Assembly (NCBI GenBank): GCA_963665325.3
Contig: OZ224045.1
Span: 256,001 to 320,000 of the forward strand
Direction: 5' to 3'
DNA from: Alphaproteobacteria bacterium
GTDB taxonomy: Bacteria > Pseudomonadota > Alphaproteobacteria > Bin95
Length of the DNA: 64,000 nt
Shown: positions 55,593 to 64,000 of the stretch, piece after piece
Position numbering within the stretch: the first letter of the stretch is position 1
Layout of the letters: every line of letters begins with the position of its first letter
Translations under genes and position numbers: made by a program
The notes under the pieces: model-generated
What the model was told of the DNA's origin: nothing
What the model saw: only the letters and a program-made list of their open reading frames with translations
Databases searched by the model: none

Positions 55593-57880
55593 CAGAACTG
55601 CGTCCCGATGCTGAACAGGATGGTTTCGTCCTTGTCGAAGTTCTCTTTCAACACTGGCCAAGCGAAATCGAGACGAAGCGGCCCGAGCGGCGTCGTCCAG
55701 GAAATGCCGAAACCCAGCGAGCCGCGGATCGAGGACTCGTCGTAAAACTGATCGCTTCTGAGGTCGGTGTCGATCCCCGTAAGCGTGCCGAACTCAGCGA
55801 AGAGCCTTGCCTGGAGTCCCAAGTCCTCGGAAGACAATCCAACGGGGAAGATCACTTCGGTGGTCGCCGTAGCAAGGTAATTTCCACCCAATGCGAATCC
55901 GGAAGCAGCGCCTCCCTTTCTTCTCGGGCCAACGCCGCCGGACTCGAACCCTCGTAAGGTCCTGCCGCCGAGGAAATAGCGGTCGGAAACTGTAATATCC
56001 TCGCCGAGACCGACGATAGCCCCTGCCCTCGCCGACAGCGCCAACGTTACCGACGGGCGCTTCGACACCGGGAAATATTGCGACGCCCTGACATCAGTGC
56101 GGAGGAAGCGTGCATCGCCCCCGAGACCCGCCAGATCGTTGCCGATGCTCAAAATCCTGCCGGTCGTCGGGTTGAACCGGTTGTCCCGCGTGTCGTATGC
56201 AACTTCGTGTCCGACTGCCGACAATAGCGTGTTGGAATCCTGACGACCCAGAAGACTTTGATTGTAATCCGTAACACGCCGGCTCAGGGTGTAGCGCCAA
56301 CGTTGAGTCCAGTCTTCGGAAAGCTTGTAGCCGACCCTCAGGCGACCTCCGATGACTTCCTCTTCGTCCTCCACCCTGTCATCGTATTCGGTTATGGTCC
56401 TGAACACATCCGCACCCACGGAAATCGGCTGGTCGCGGAAATAGGGTTCGGTGAACGACAGGTCGATCTGGTTCTGTTGCTCGGATAATGTCGTAGCCAA
56501 TGCCAGCTCCTGTCCTTTTCCAAGCAGATTACGCTCGGCAAGCCTGACGTTGAACAATACGCCGCTTTCACTGGAATAACCCGCCCCTATGGAAAATTCT
56601 CCGGTAGAGGTTTCTTCAACCTCTACCGTGACTCTCGCCCGATCCGAAGCACTTCCCGGTTCATTCGAAACATCGACCTTCTTGAAGTAACCGAGGTTTC
56701 GAACCCGGCGGGTCGCCCGAGCGATCTTCGAAGTGTTGAAGGCATCTCCTTCTACGATACCGAACTCACGCCGTATAACGCGGTCAAGAGTACGCAGATT
56801 TCCTTCTATATCGATGCGCTCGACATAGACTCTGGGTCCTTCATCTACAACAAATACGAGATCGACTTTCTGTTCCTTCCTTAGCGTCGTCGAGCGCGGC
56901 TGCACGTCTACGAATGCAAAGCCGTAAGTCCCTACCTCATCGACCAGATCATCCACCGTTTCGCGGACGAGGTTGTTGTCATAAATTTCTCCTGAGCGCG
57001 GTTTGAGAAGTGGCGACAGGCGAAAATCGGGGATATCCGTTAGCTGATTATCGAGCGAAATCGCGCCGAAGGTATATTGTGAGCCTTCTTCGACGGTGAA
57101 AGTCAGGATGAATCCGTCCCGATCCGGAGTGAGCTCGGCTACGGCGGACGGTACCCGGAAATCTACATAACCTTGCGAGAGATAAAACCTGCGCAGTAAT
57201 TCGCGGTCAAAGGCGACACGGTCCGGATCGTAAACATCGTCATTCGACAGAAACCGGTACCAGGCTTCCTCTTTGCTGCTGATCTCGCCTATCAGGGCGC
57301 TGTCGCTGAATTGCGTATTGCCGATGAAGACGATTTTCTCGATAAGCGTCTGGTCCCCTTCGACGATTTCAAAGGCTACGTCCACGCGATTTTGCGGAAA
57401 TTCGATCAGTTTGGCTTCGACGCTCGCTGCGAACCGGCCCGAACGACGGTACAATTCCAGAATGCGTTTGACGTCCCTTTCGGCTGCTGACCGCGTAAAT
57501 ATCTGCCGCGGTTTCAGCTGTACCTCCGGGCCCAGGGTTTCGTCGTCGATCCGTCGATTGCCCTCGAAGGCAATTCGGTTGACGATCGGATTTTCCACAA
57601 CCGTTACCACCAGTACATCGCCGCGCAGGTCAATGCTGACGTCCGCGAAATAGCCGGTCTCGAACAGGCTCTTGAGTGCATCGCTGATGCTGCGCGAGCC
57701 AAGGACGTCGCCGGGCCGCACCTGCATATAGGAACGGACGGTATCGGGATCCACGCGCTGCGCACCGACGACCTCTATATCGCGGACGGCGGTGCCGCTC
57801 TGGGTATTGGCAACTGCTGGCTGCAGCAGCACGGCGGCAACCAGTGCCCATGCGGCAAGCGCGGCTCGCCATTTGTCCAT
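55592..57880 (-). CDS. bamA: outer membrane protein assembly factor BamA
   Basis: POTRA repeats, GN.RT.DRVIRRE, ERNLLGKGQ, LRGF, TPLGPLRLDFA, C-terminal F. Confidence 0.96.
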   Translation of the reverse strand: MDKWRAALAAWALVAAVLLQPAVANTQSGTAVRDIEVVGAQRVDPDTVRSYMQVRPGDVLGSRSISDALKSLFETGYFADVSIDLRGDVLVVTVVENPIVNRIAFEGNRRIDDETLGPEVQLKPRQIFTRSAAERDVKRILELYRRSGRFAASVEAKLIEFPQNRVDVAFEIVEGDQTLIEKIVFIGNTQFSDSALIGEISSKEEAWYRFLSNDDVYDPDRVAFDRELLRRFYLSQGYVDFRVPSAVAELTPDRDGFILTFTVEEGSQYTFGAISLDNQLTDIPDFRLSPLLKPRSGEIYDNNLVRETVDDLVDEVGTYGFAFVDVQPRSTTLRKEQKVDLVFVVDEGPRVYVERIDIEGNLRTLDRVIRREFGIVEGDAFNTSKIARATRRVRNLGYFKKVDVSNEPGSASDRARVTVEVEETSTGEFSIGAGYSSESGVLFNVRLAERNLLGKGQELALATTLSEQQNQIDLSFTEPYFRDQPISVGADVFRTITEYDDRVEDEEEVIGGRLRVGYKLSEDWTQRWRYTLSRRVTDYNQSLLGRQDSNTLLSAVGHEVAYDTRDNRFNPTTGRILSIGNDLAGLGGDARFLRTDVRASQYFPVSKRPSVTLALSARAGAIVGLGEDITVSDRYFLGGRTLRGFESGGVGPRRKGGAASGFALGGNYLATATTEVIFPVGLSSEDLGLQARLFAEFGTLTGIDTDLRSDQFYDESSIRGSLGFGISWTTPLGPLRLDFAWPVLKENFDKDETILFSIGTQF

Positions 57881-57900
57881 GGAAACCCCCAGCGACAGCA

Positions 57901-59013
57901 TCAACCGACGACGCGTTCCAAGAACGCCACGACCTGAAAGTACACCAAGTCGTTCCAGGTTACGAACAACATCAATGCAACGACCATGCCCAGGCCGATC
58001 CTGAACCCGATCTCCTGCGCCTTCTGTCCGAGCGGGCGGCCCCTGATTGCCTCGATTGCATAGAAGACGAGATGCCCGCCGTCCAGAAGCGGAATGGGGA
58101 ACAGGTTGATGAGACCCAGATTGATCGACAGCAGGACCATGAAGTGCAGATAGGCCGAGAAGTCGATCTTCGCGACCTCGCCGGCAAGATGCCCGATGCG
58201 CAGCACGCCGCCCAGTTCATCTGTCGAGCGGCTTCCTTCGATCATTTCCCCGACAAAGGTCAGGATGGTGGCCGTCATGGTCCAAGTGTAGTCAACGGCC
58301 GCGACAAGCGCTTCTCCGGGACCGTGGCGGACCATCTCCGTCGCCCTGCCGCGCACGCCGAGCAGGCCGAACTCATGCACGTTGCCGAGACTGTCGGTCT
58401 CGCGGGCGACGCCGGGCGTAACCGTGAGCAGGGCTTCCGCGTCGCCGCGCATGAGCGTCGCGTCCAGCGGCCGGCCCGGGCTCAGGCGCACAATCCGCTG
58501 CAGGTCTTCGAATCGTGCAATCGTCTCGCCGTCCAGTTCGATGAACCGGTCTCCGGCCCGGATGCCGGCCGTTTCGGCAGCGCCGCCTTCCACGACCTCG
58601 GTGACAACCGGGCTGGTATGCCGCTGACCGTAAGTCATGAACATGAGGGCGGCGACGAGGATCGCGAACAGGAAATTCGCCGCCGGCCCGGCAACGACGA
58701 TGAAGGCCCGCTTCCCGAGGGATTTGTCCCCGAAGGCGACAGCACGCTCCTCCGGCGTCAGCGGCCGGGCGCCCGTCGTCTCTCCGGCGTCGCCAAACAT
58801 GCGCACATAGCCGCCAAGCGGGATGAGAGCGATCTTCCAGCGCGTTCCTGCGCTGTCGGTCCGGCCCCAGAGTTCCCGGCCGAAGCCGACCGAGAAGACC
58901 TCAACCCGTACTCCGCAGCGCCGCGCCGCCCAGTAGTGTCCGAACTCATGCACGAATACGAGCACGCTCAGAAGGAACAGGAACGGCGCCAGGTATTCCC
59001 AGAGAAAGCTCAA
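57901..59013 (-). CDS. rseP: RIP metalloprotease RseP
   Basis: HEFGH, PLGGYV, PDZ domain, NLFPIPLLDGG. Confidence 0.95.
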   Translation of the reverse strand: MSFLWEYLAPFLFLLSVLVFVHEFGHYWAARRCGVRVEVFSVGFGRELWGRTDSAGTRWKIALIPLGGYVRMFGDAGETTGARPLTPEERAVAFGDKSLGKRAFIVVAGPAANFLFAILVAALMFMTYGQRHTSPVVTEVVEGGAAETAGIRAGDRFIELDGETIARFEDLQRIVRLSPGRPLDATLMRGDAEALLTVTPGVARETDSLGNVHEFGLLGVRGRATEMVRHGPGEALVAAVDYTWTMTATILTFVGEMIEGSRSTDELGGVLRIGHLAGEVAKIDFSAYLHFMVLLSINLGLINLFPIPLLDGGHLVFYAIEAIRGRPLGQKAQEIGFRIGLGMVVALMLFVTWNDLVYFQVVAFLERVVG

Positions 59014-59025
59014 CCGGCGACCTCC

Positions 59026-60201
59026 CTATCGGGGTCCCGCGCCTGCGGCCCGAATGACAAATCTCTCAGCCACTTCCCGCGCCTCTCCGTCGGTGGACCG
59101 CACATCGTCCAAGCTTTCAAGCCGGCGCGACCCTAGTGCAGCAACGGTGTCGCCCGCAATGTCGGCGATCTGCAGGAAGCCAATCCGTTCCGCAAGAAAG
59201 GCTGCGACCGCCACCTCGTTCGCCGCGCTGAGCGCCGCCGGTTCCGCACCGCCGTGTTCCAGCGCCGTGCGAGCGAGCGCAAGAGCTGGGAACCGTTCCG
59301 GATCGGGCGGTTCGAAATCGAGGCGGCCCACCGCCGCGAGGTCGAGGCGCTCGCCCGAAATCGGCAGCCGGTCCGGCCAGGCAAGCGCGACGGCGATCGG
59401 GGTACGCATGTCCGGCGTTCCCAACTGCGCCAGCACGGACCCGTCCGAATATTCCACCATGGAATGCACTATGGACTGCGGATGAACGAGGATGTCTATC
59501 GCATCGCCGGGCATTCCGAACAGGTGATGAGCCTCGATGAGTTCCAGGCCCTTGTTCATCATGGTCGCCGAATCAATGGTAATCTTGGCGCCCATGTCCC
59601 AGTTGGGATGTTTCAGCGCCTCCGCGGGCCGCACGGCAGCCATGTCATGCCTGCCGGCCGACCGGAACGGACCGCCCGAAGCCGTGAGAATAAGGCGGCG
59701 GACCGCCTTCCGGCGCCTGGCGTCGAAAACCTGGAAGATCGCATTGTGTTCGGAATCGACGGGCAGGACGGTGCTCCCCGAGGCCCGCGCGGCAGCCATC
59801 ATCAGCTCGCCCGCGCACACCAGGCTTTCCTTGTTGGCAAGGGCGACGACCGCGCCGCGCTCGACCGCGGCGAGCGTCGATTCGAGGCCTGCCGCACCGG
59901 CGATTGCCGCCATCACCCATTCGGCATCGCGCCTCGCGGCTTCCACCACGGCCTCCGGTCCGGCCGCCGTCTCGATTCCGGATCCGGCCAGCCCTGCCTT
60001 CAATGCCGCATAGCCGGCCGGGTCGGCGATGGCGGCGAACCGGGGCCGGAAGATCCGCGCCTGCTGCACAAGGGCGTCGGCGTTTTTTCCCGCGGCGAGG
60101 GCAATGACCCGGAATCGTTCGCGATGCTCTCCGATGACGGAGAGCGTGTTCGCGCCCACCGAGCCCGTTGAACCAAGGACCGTCACCTGCTTTGCCGTCA
60201 T
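59026..60201 (-). CDS. dxr: 1-deoxy-D-xylulose-5-phosphate reductoisomerase
   Basis: LGSTGSVG, LANKESLV, PVDSEH, HPNWDMGAKITIDSATMMNKGLE. Confidence 0.97.
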   Translation of the reverse strand: MTAKQVTVLGSTGSVGANTLSVIGEHRERFRVIALAAGKNADALVQQARIFRPRFAAIADPAGYAALKAGLAGSGIETAAGPEAVVEAARRDAEWVMAAIAGAAGLESTLAAVERGAVVALANKESLVCAGELMMAAARASGSTVLPVDSEHNAIFQVFDARRRKAVRRLILTASGGPFRSAGRHDMAAVRPAEALKHPNWDMGAKITIDSATMMNKGLELIEAHHLFGMPGDAIDILVHPQSIVHSMVEYSDGSVLAQLGTPDMRTPIAVALAWPDRLPISGERLDLAAVGRLDFEPPDPERFPALALARTALEHGGAEPAALSAANEVAVAAFLAERIGFLQIADIAGDTVAALGSRRLESLDDVRSTDGEAREVAERFVIRAAGAGPR

Positions 60202-60980
60202 GTCCAGCGCCACCCGCAAGCCGTGAGCAGCATGGTGGCGGCCGCTCCCGCCAGAAGCGCGTCGACGCGGTCGAGCAGGCCGCCATGCCCGGGGATCAGG
60301 CGTCCGCTGTCCTTGACGCCGAACCGGCGCTTGCAGGCGCTTTCGAACAGGTCGCCCGCTGCGCCCGCCGCTCCGACCAGCAAGCCTGCGGCGAAGCCGC
60401 TGCCGGCGACTTCGGGCGCAACGAATAGGGCGCTCGCGGCACCGCCGGCCAAGCCCGCAGCGGCGACCCCGCCGACAAAGCCGCTCCAGGTTTTTGCGGG
60501 GCTCCAGACAGGCGCCAGTTTCGGGCCGCCGAACCGGCGCCCCGTCCACCAGGCCGCAATATCCCCCGCCCAGACAACGACGAACAGCCAGCCCGCCAAT
60601 TCCAGTCCCCCGAATTCCGGACGCCTGAGGGCGATGAGGCACATCGCCGGCAGCGCAATGTAGAGAACCCCGACGGCAAGCGCCTTTCGCCTGAGGAACA
60701 AGCCGGCGGCAACGGCTGCGCCCAGGGCAACGGCGCCCTGCACAACCGCCGAGGCGGAAAACAGGGCAGCCGCCACAGCTGCCGCCGGAATCGCTGTGAA
60801 CGCCCTGACCGCTTCCGGTTCCGCCATCGCGGCCCATTCGCGCCCGGCGACCAGCGCGCCGGCGAGCACCAGCGCCTCCCAGAAGGGGGTCCCGGCCCAC
60901 ACCGCCAGAATCGCCGCAGGCATCAGGACGAGGGCGGCAATCGAACGCCGGAAGGTGTCGTCAGGCAGCCCGAGCGCCAT
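60198..60980 (-). CDS. cdsA: phosphatidate cytidylyltransferase
   Basis: SPAKTWSG, GDLFES..KR..GVKDSG.LIPGHGGLLDRVD. Confidence 0.95.
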   Translation of the reverse strand: MALGLPDDTFRRSIAALVLMPAAILAVWAGTPFWEALVLAGALVAGREWAAMAEPEAVRAFTAIPAAAVAAALFSASAVVQGAVALGAAVAAGLFLRRKALAVGVLYIALPAMCLIALRRPEFGGLELAGWLFVVVWAGDIAAWWTGRRFGGPKLAPVWSPAKTWSGFVGGVAAAGLAGGAASALFVAPEVAGSGFAAGLLVGAAGAAGDLFESACKRRFGVKDSGRLIPGHGGLLDRVDALLAGAAATMLLTACGWRWT

Positions 60981-61707
60981 AACGCCGTTCTCGCCGGCCG
61001 AATTCTACAAGCGCCTCTTCCAGGTCCGATCTCGCGAAATCCGGCCAGAGCCGGTCGGTAAAGAAAAATTCCGCATAAGCCGCCTGCCACAGAAGGAAAT
61101 TGCTGATGCGCATCTCGCCGCCGGTGCGAATCATCAGGTCAGGGTCCGGAATGTCGGCGGTGTCCAGCTTCCCTGCGAAGGCGGCTTCATCGATTTCTGC
61201 CGGCGACAGCCTGCCTGCAAGCCCGTCTTCGACCAGGCGCCGGACGGCGCGCACGATCTCGCCGCGGCCGCCATAGCTGAACGCGACCTGCACGAGAACT
61301 GCGTCGTTACCGGCGGTCAGCGCTTCGGCATGGGCAATCCGGTCGCGGACGTCGGCCGGCAAGCGGTCCCGTTCGCCGATCACCCGCAGCCGGACGCCGT
61401 TGCGGTGCATATCGTCCAGTTCCCTGCCGAGATAGTAACGCAGCAGGCCAAGCAGGTCGTTCACCTCCTCCGGCGAGCGGCGCCAGTTCTCCGACGAGAA
61501 GCTGTAAAGCGTCAGGATCTCGATGCCGAGGTCGCTCGCCGCCCGAACCGCGGCGCGCGCCGCCTCCGCGCCGCGTGCGTGGCCGGCCGCACGCGGCAGC
61601 CGGCGCCGGGCCGCCCAGCGCCCGTTGCCGTCCATGATGATCGCAACATGGCGCGGCAGGGATAGCGGCAGCGCAAACGACCGTGTCTCGACCGCCATAG
61701 CGGTCAC
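60961..61707 (-). CDS. uppS: undecaprenyl diphosphate synthase
   Basis: [37 protein letters not shown]. Confidence 0.96.
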   Translation of the reverse strand: MTAMAVETRSFALPLSLPRHVAIIMDGNGRWAARRRLPRAAGHARGAEAARAAVRAASDLGIEILTLYSFSSENWRRSPEEVNDLLGLLRYYLGRELDDMHRNGVRLRVIGERDRLPADVRDRIAHAEALTAGNDAVLVQVAFSYGGRGEIVRAVRRLVEDGLAGRLSPAEIDEAAFAGKLDTADIPDPDLMIRTGGEMRISNFLLWQAAYAEFFFTDRLWPDFARSDLEEALVEFGRRERRYGARAA

Positions 61708-62264
61708 ACCTGCATGATTTCGGATTCTTTGGTGGCGACGGCATCGTCGATTTCCTGGACGAACCGATTCGTCAGCTCCTGCACCTCTTCAGACCAGAGA
61801 TGCTGGTCGTCCTGGGAGAGTTCGCCAGCCCGCTCCATCCGCTTGAGCTTGTCCATGCCGTCCCGGCGAACATTGCGGACGGCGACCCGCGCCTGTTCGG
61901 CGTAGCGTTGCGCGACCCTGGCGAGTTCCGTGCGGCGTTCCTCGCTCAATTCGGGGATAGGCACCCGGATCAACTGGCCGTCGGAGGCAGGATTGAGTCC
62001 GAGCGCCGACTCGCGAATGGCCTTCTCGACCGCCTTCACATTGCCCCTGTCCCAGACCTGCACCGTCAACATGCGCGGCTCAGGAGCGCCAAGCGTCGCC
62101 ACCTGGTTGATCGGCATCTCGGAGCCGTAGGCTTCCACCGTCAGCGGTTCGAGAAGCGATATACTGGCCCGGCCGGTTCTCAGGCCCCCAAACTCGCGCT
62201 TCAGCGCCTCGATGGCGCCCTTCATGCGGCGTTCCAAATCGTCGATATCCGGATCTTCGGACAC
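61704..62264 (-). CDS. frr: ribosome recycling factor
   Basis: [27 protein letters not shown]. Confidence 0.97.
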   Translation of the reverse strand: MSEDPDIDDLERRMKGAIEALKREFGGLRTGRASISLLEPLTVEAYGSEMPINQVATLGAPEPRMLTVQVWDRGNVKAVEKAIRESALGLNPASDGQLIRVPIPELSEERRTELARVAQRYAEQARVAVRNVRRDGMDKLKRMERAGELSQDDQHLWSEEVQELTNRFVQEIDDAVATKESEIMQV

Positions 62265-62279
62265 GAGAACCTCGCTTTC

Positions 62280-62996
62280 CTACTGGATGATCGTCGATGC
62301 CTCTCGGCCCGTCAACGCGCGGGCGAACGAACCGGCATTATGCAACGAAAAGACGAGAATCGGAATGCGATTATCCCGCGCCAGAGCCACGGCGGCGGCG
62401 TCCATTACCTTGAGGTCGCGCTCCAGAACTTCCTTGAACGTCAGCGCGTCGTAGCGCTTGGCGTCCGGCTCCCGCTCCGGGTCCGCCGAATAGACGCCAT
62501 CCACCTTGGTCGCCTTGAGAACTGCGTCGCAGCCAAGCTCGCTCGCCCGCAATATTGCAGCAGAGTCCGTGGTGAAGAACGGGTTGCCGGTGCCGCCGGC
62601 CAACACCAGAACGCGGCCGCGACGGAGATGGCGTTCGGCGCGTTCGCGAATGAACTGTTCGCAGACCGTATGCATCGGGATTGCGCTCTGCACCCGGGCC
62701 TCGACGCCAGCGTCCTCCAGCGCGCCGCGCAGCGCGAGCGCGTTGATGACCGTGGCGAGCATTCCCATATTGTCACCGGCAACGCGGCCAACCCCGATTT
62801 TCGCGGAGTTAGCGCCCCGGAAGATATTCCCGCCGCCGACAACGACCGCGACCTCGACACCGAGCGCGCGCACTTCGGCGATGTCGCTGGCAATGCGCCG
62901 CATCGTAGAGGGCGCGATGCCGAACTCTTCACCGCCCATCAAGGCCTCGCCGGACACCTTGAGCAGCACGCGGCGAAAGCGAGGTTCCTGCGCCAT
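62280..62996 (-). CDS. pyrH: UMP kinase
   Basis: LLKVSGEAL, GGGNIFRG, GTGNPFFTTD, KVDGVYSADP. Confidence 0.97.
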   Translation of the reverse strand: MAQEPRFRRVLLKVSGEALMGGEEFGIAPSTMRRIASDIAEVRALGVEVAVVVGGGNIFRGANSAKIGVGRVAGDNMGMLATVINALALRGALEDAGVEARVQSAIPMHTVCEQFIRERAERHLRRGRVLVLAGGTGNPFFTTDSAAILRASELGCDAVLKATKVDGVYSADPEREPDAKRYDALTFKEVLERDLKVMDAAAVALARDNRIPILVFSLHNAGSFARALTGREASTIIQ

Positions 62997-63022
62997 AAAT
63001 TCTCCCGTCAGGGACCGGCTTG

Positions 63023-63943
63023 TCAGTCGCCGAGCGTCTGGGCCACTTCCGCGGCAAAGTCCTTCTCTTCGCGTTCAACGCCTTCGCCGAGCGCGAAACG
63101 CACGAAGCCGGTGCAGGACACCGGCGCGCCGACATCGCCCGCCGCTTCGTCCAACACCTTGCCGACCGATTTGTCGGTATCCATGATGAAAGCCTGCTCC
63201 GCGAGCACGACTTCCTCGAAATACTTGCGCATGCGCCCTTCGACCATCTTCTCGATGACGTGGTCGGGACGGCCGGACGCCCTTGCCTGGTCCGCCAGGA
63301 TGGCACGTTCGCGCTCGACCGCCGATCCGTCCACATCGTCCCGGGCGACCCACCGGGGATTGGCCGAGGTGACATGCATCGCGATCTGCTTGCCCAGCGC
63401 GGCCAGCTTTTCCTTGTCGCCGGAGGACTCAAGCCCAACCAGGACGCCGATCTTGCCAAGGCCCGGCGCCGCTGCGCCGTGCACATAGCCGGCGACGACG
63501 CCGTCCCGGACCTTGAGTGTGGCGTAGCGCCGGAGGTTCATGTTCTCGCCGATGGTGGCGATCAGGCCGGTGACATACTCCTCGGCCGTCTGGCCCTCGA
63601 TCTTGCTGCCCTTGAGGATATCGAGACCGCCGTCAACGGTGAGCCCCAGCGCCGCCAGCTTGGCGACCGCTTCTTGAAACCCTTCGTTGCGGGCAACAAA
63701 GTCGGTTTCGGAGTTGAGCTCGACCAGCGCGCCCCGACCGTCGTCTAGCGCCATGCCGACCAACCCTTCCGCGGCTGTGCGGCCCGCTTTCTTCTGCGCT
63801 GCGGCCAGTCCCTTCTTGCGTAGCCAGTCCAGCGCCGCCTCGATATCGGCGCCGTTTTCCGTCAACGCCTTCTTGCAGTCCATCATGCCCGCGCCGGTCC
63901 GCTCGCGCAGATCCTTGACCAGCGCTGCCGTCACCTGAGCCAT
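63023..63943 (-). CDS. tsf: translation elongation factor Ts
   Basis: VKDLRERTGAGMMDCKKAL, ELNSETDFVARN, FVRFALGEG. Confidence 0.98.
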   Translation of the reverse strand: MAQVTAALVKDLRERTGAGMMDCKKALTENGADIEAALDWLRKKGLAAAQKKAGRTAAEGLVGMALDDGRGALVELNSETDFVARNEGFQEAVAKLAALGLTVDGGLDILKGSKIEGQTAEEYVTGLIATIGENMNLRRYATLKVRDGVVAGYVHGAAAPGLGKIGVLVGLESSGDKEKLAALGKQIAMHVTSANPRWVARDDVDGSAVERERAILADQARASGRPDHVIEKMVEGRMRKYFEEVVLAEQAFIMDTDKSVGKVLDEAAGDVGAPVSCTGFVRFALGEGVEREEKDFAAEVAQTLGD

Positions 63944-63964
63944 CGGTGTTCGCCCTTCTTGCGT

Positions 63965-64000
63965 TCAGTTCTTCTCATCTGTATCGGCCGCCTCGGCGCC
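63965..64000 (-). CDS. rpsB: probable 3' end of 30S ribosomal protein S2 (truncated by window edge)
   Basis: Acidic tail GAEAADTDEKN* directly upstream of tsf; assigned by synteny only. Confidence 0.5.
   Translation of the reverse strand, partial: GAEAADTDEKN

Noticed and set aside
1-64000. selA/selB/selC/selD, tRNA, rRNA, transposase or integrase genes
   Set aside because: None recognisable in this window; Sec machinery must be verified elsewhere in the genome

Overview
GC-rich alphaproteobacterial chromosomal segment; Rhodospirillales-like gene order is an inference. The right end is the conserved (rpsB)-tsf-pyrH-frr-uppS-cdsA-dxr-rseP-bamA-skp-fabZ-lpxA-lpxI block, with no lpxD or lpxB here. 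yajC-secD-secF lies at 15-18 kb. The rest is mostly catabolic and transport genes: enoyl-CoA hydratases, tandem SDRs and LLM oxidoreductases, a Rieske oxygenase pair, thiolase-like/DUF35 pairs, a haloalkane dehalogenase, ThDP enzymes, and ABC and TRAP/TAXI transporters. Two signals are not explained by the ORF track. (1) Two genes are each split at an in-frame TGA that reads as a UxxC selenocysteine motif and is followed by a bacterial SECIS-like hairpin: a UGSC-type protein fused to a large domain of unknown function (3952-5598), and an orphan GrdB/PrdB-like protein with an extra C-terminal domain (25472-26689). Both share the register U-x2-C-T-x6-A-x2-L-E-x2-G-I. (2) A dispersed ~350-bp intergenic element (14.5-15.0 kb and 33.0-33.3 kb) has a sigma70-like promoter at one end, conserved GC hairpins, and CATGAC repeats spaced exactly 10 bp apart at the other end; the same repeat array also occurs alone at 1037-1072. 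No rRNA, tRNA, CRISPR array or transposase was recognised.
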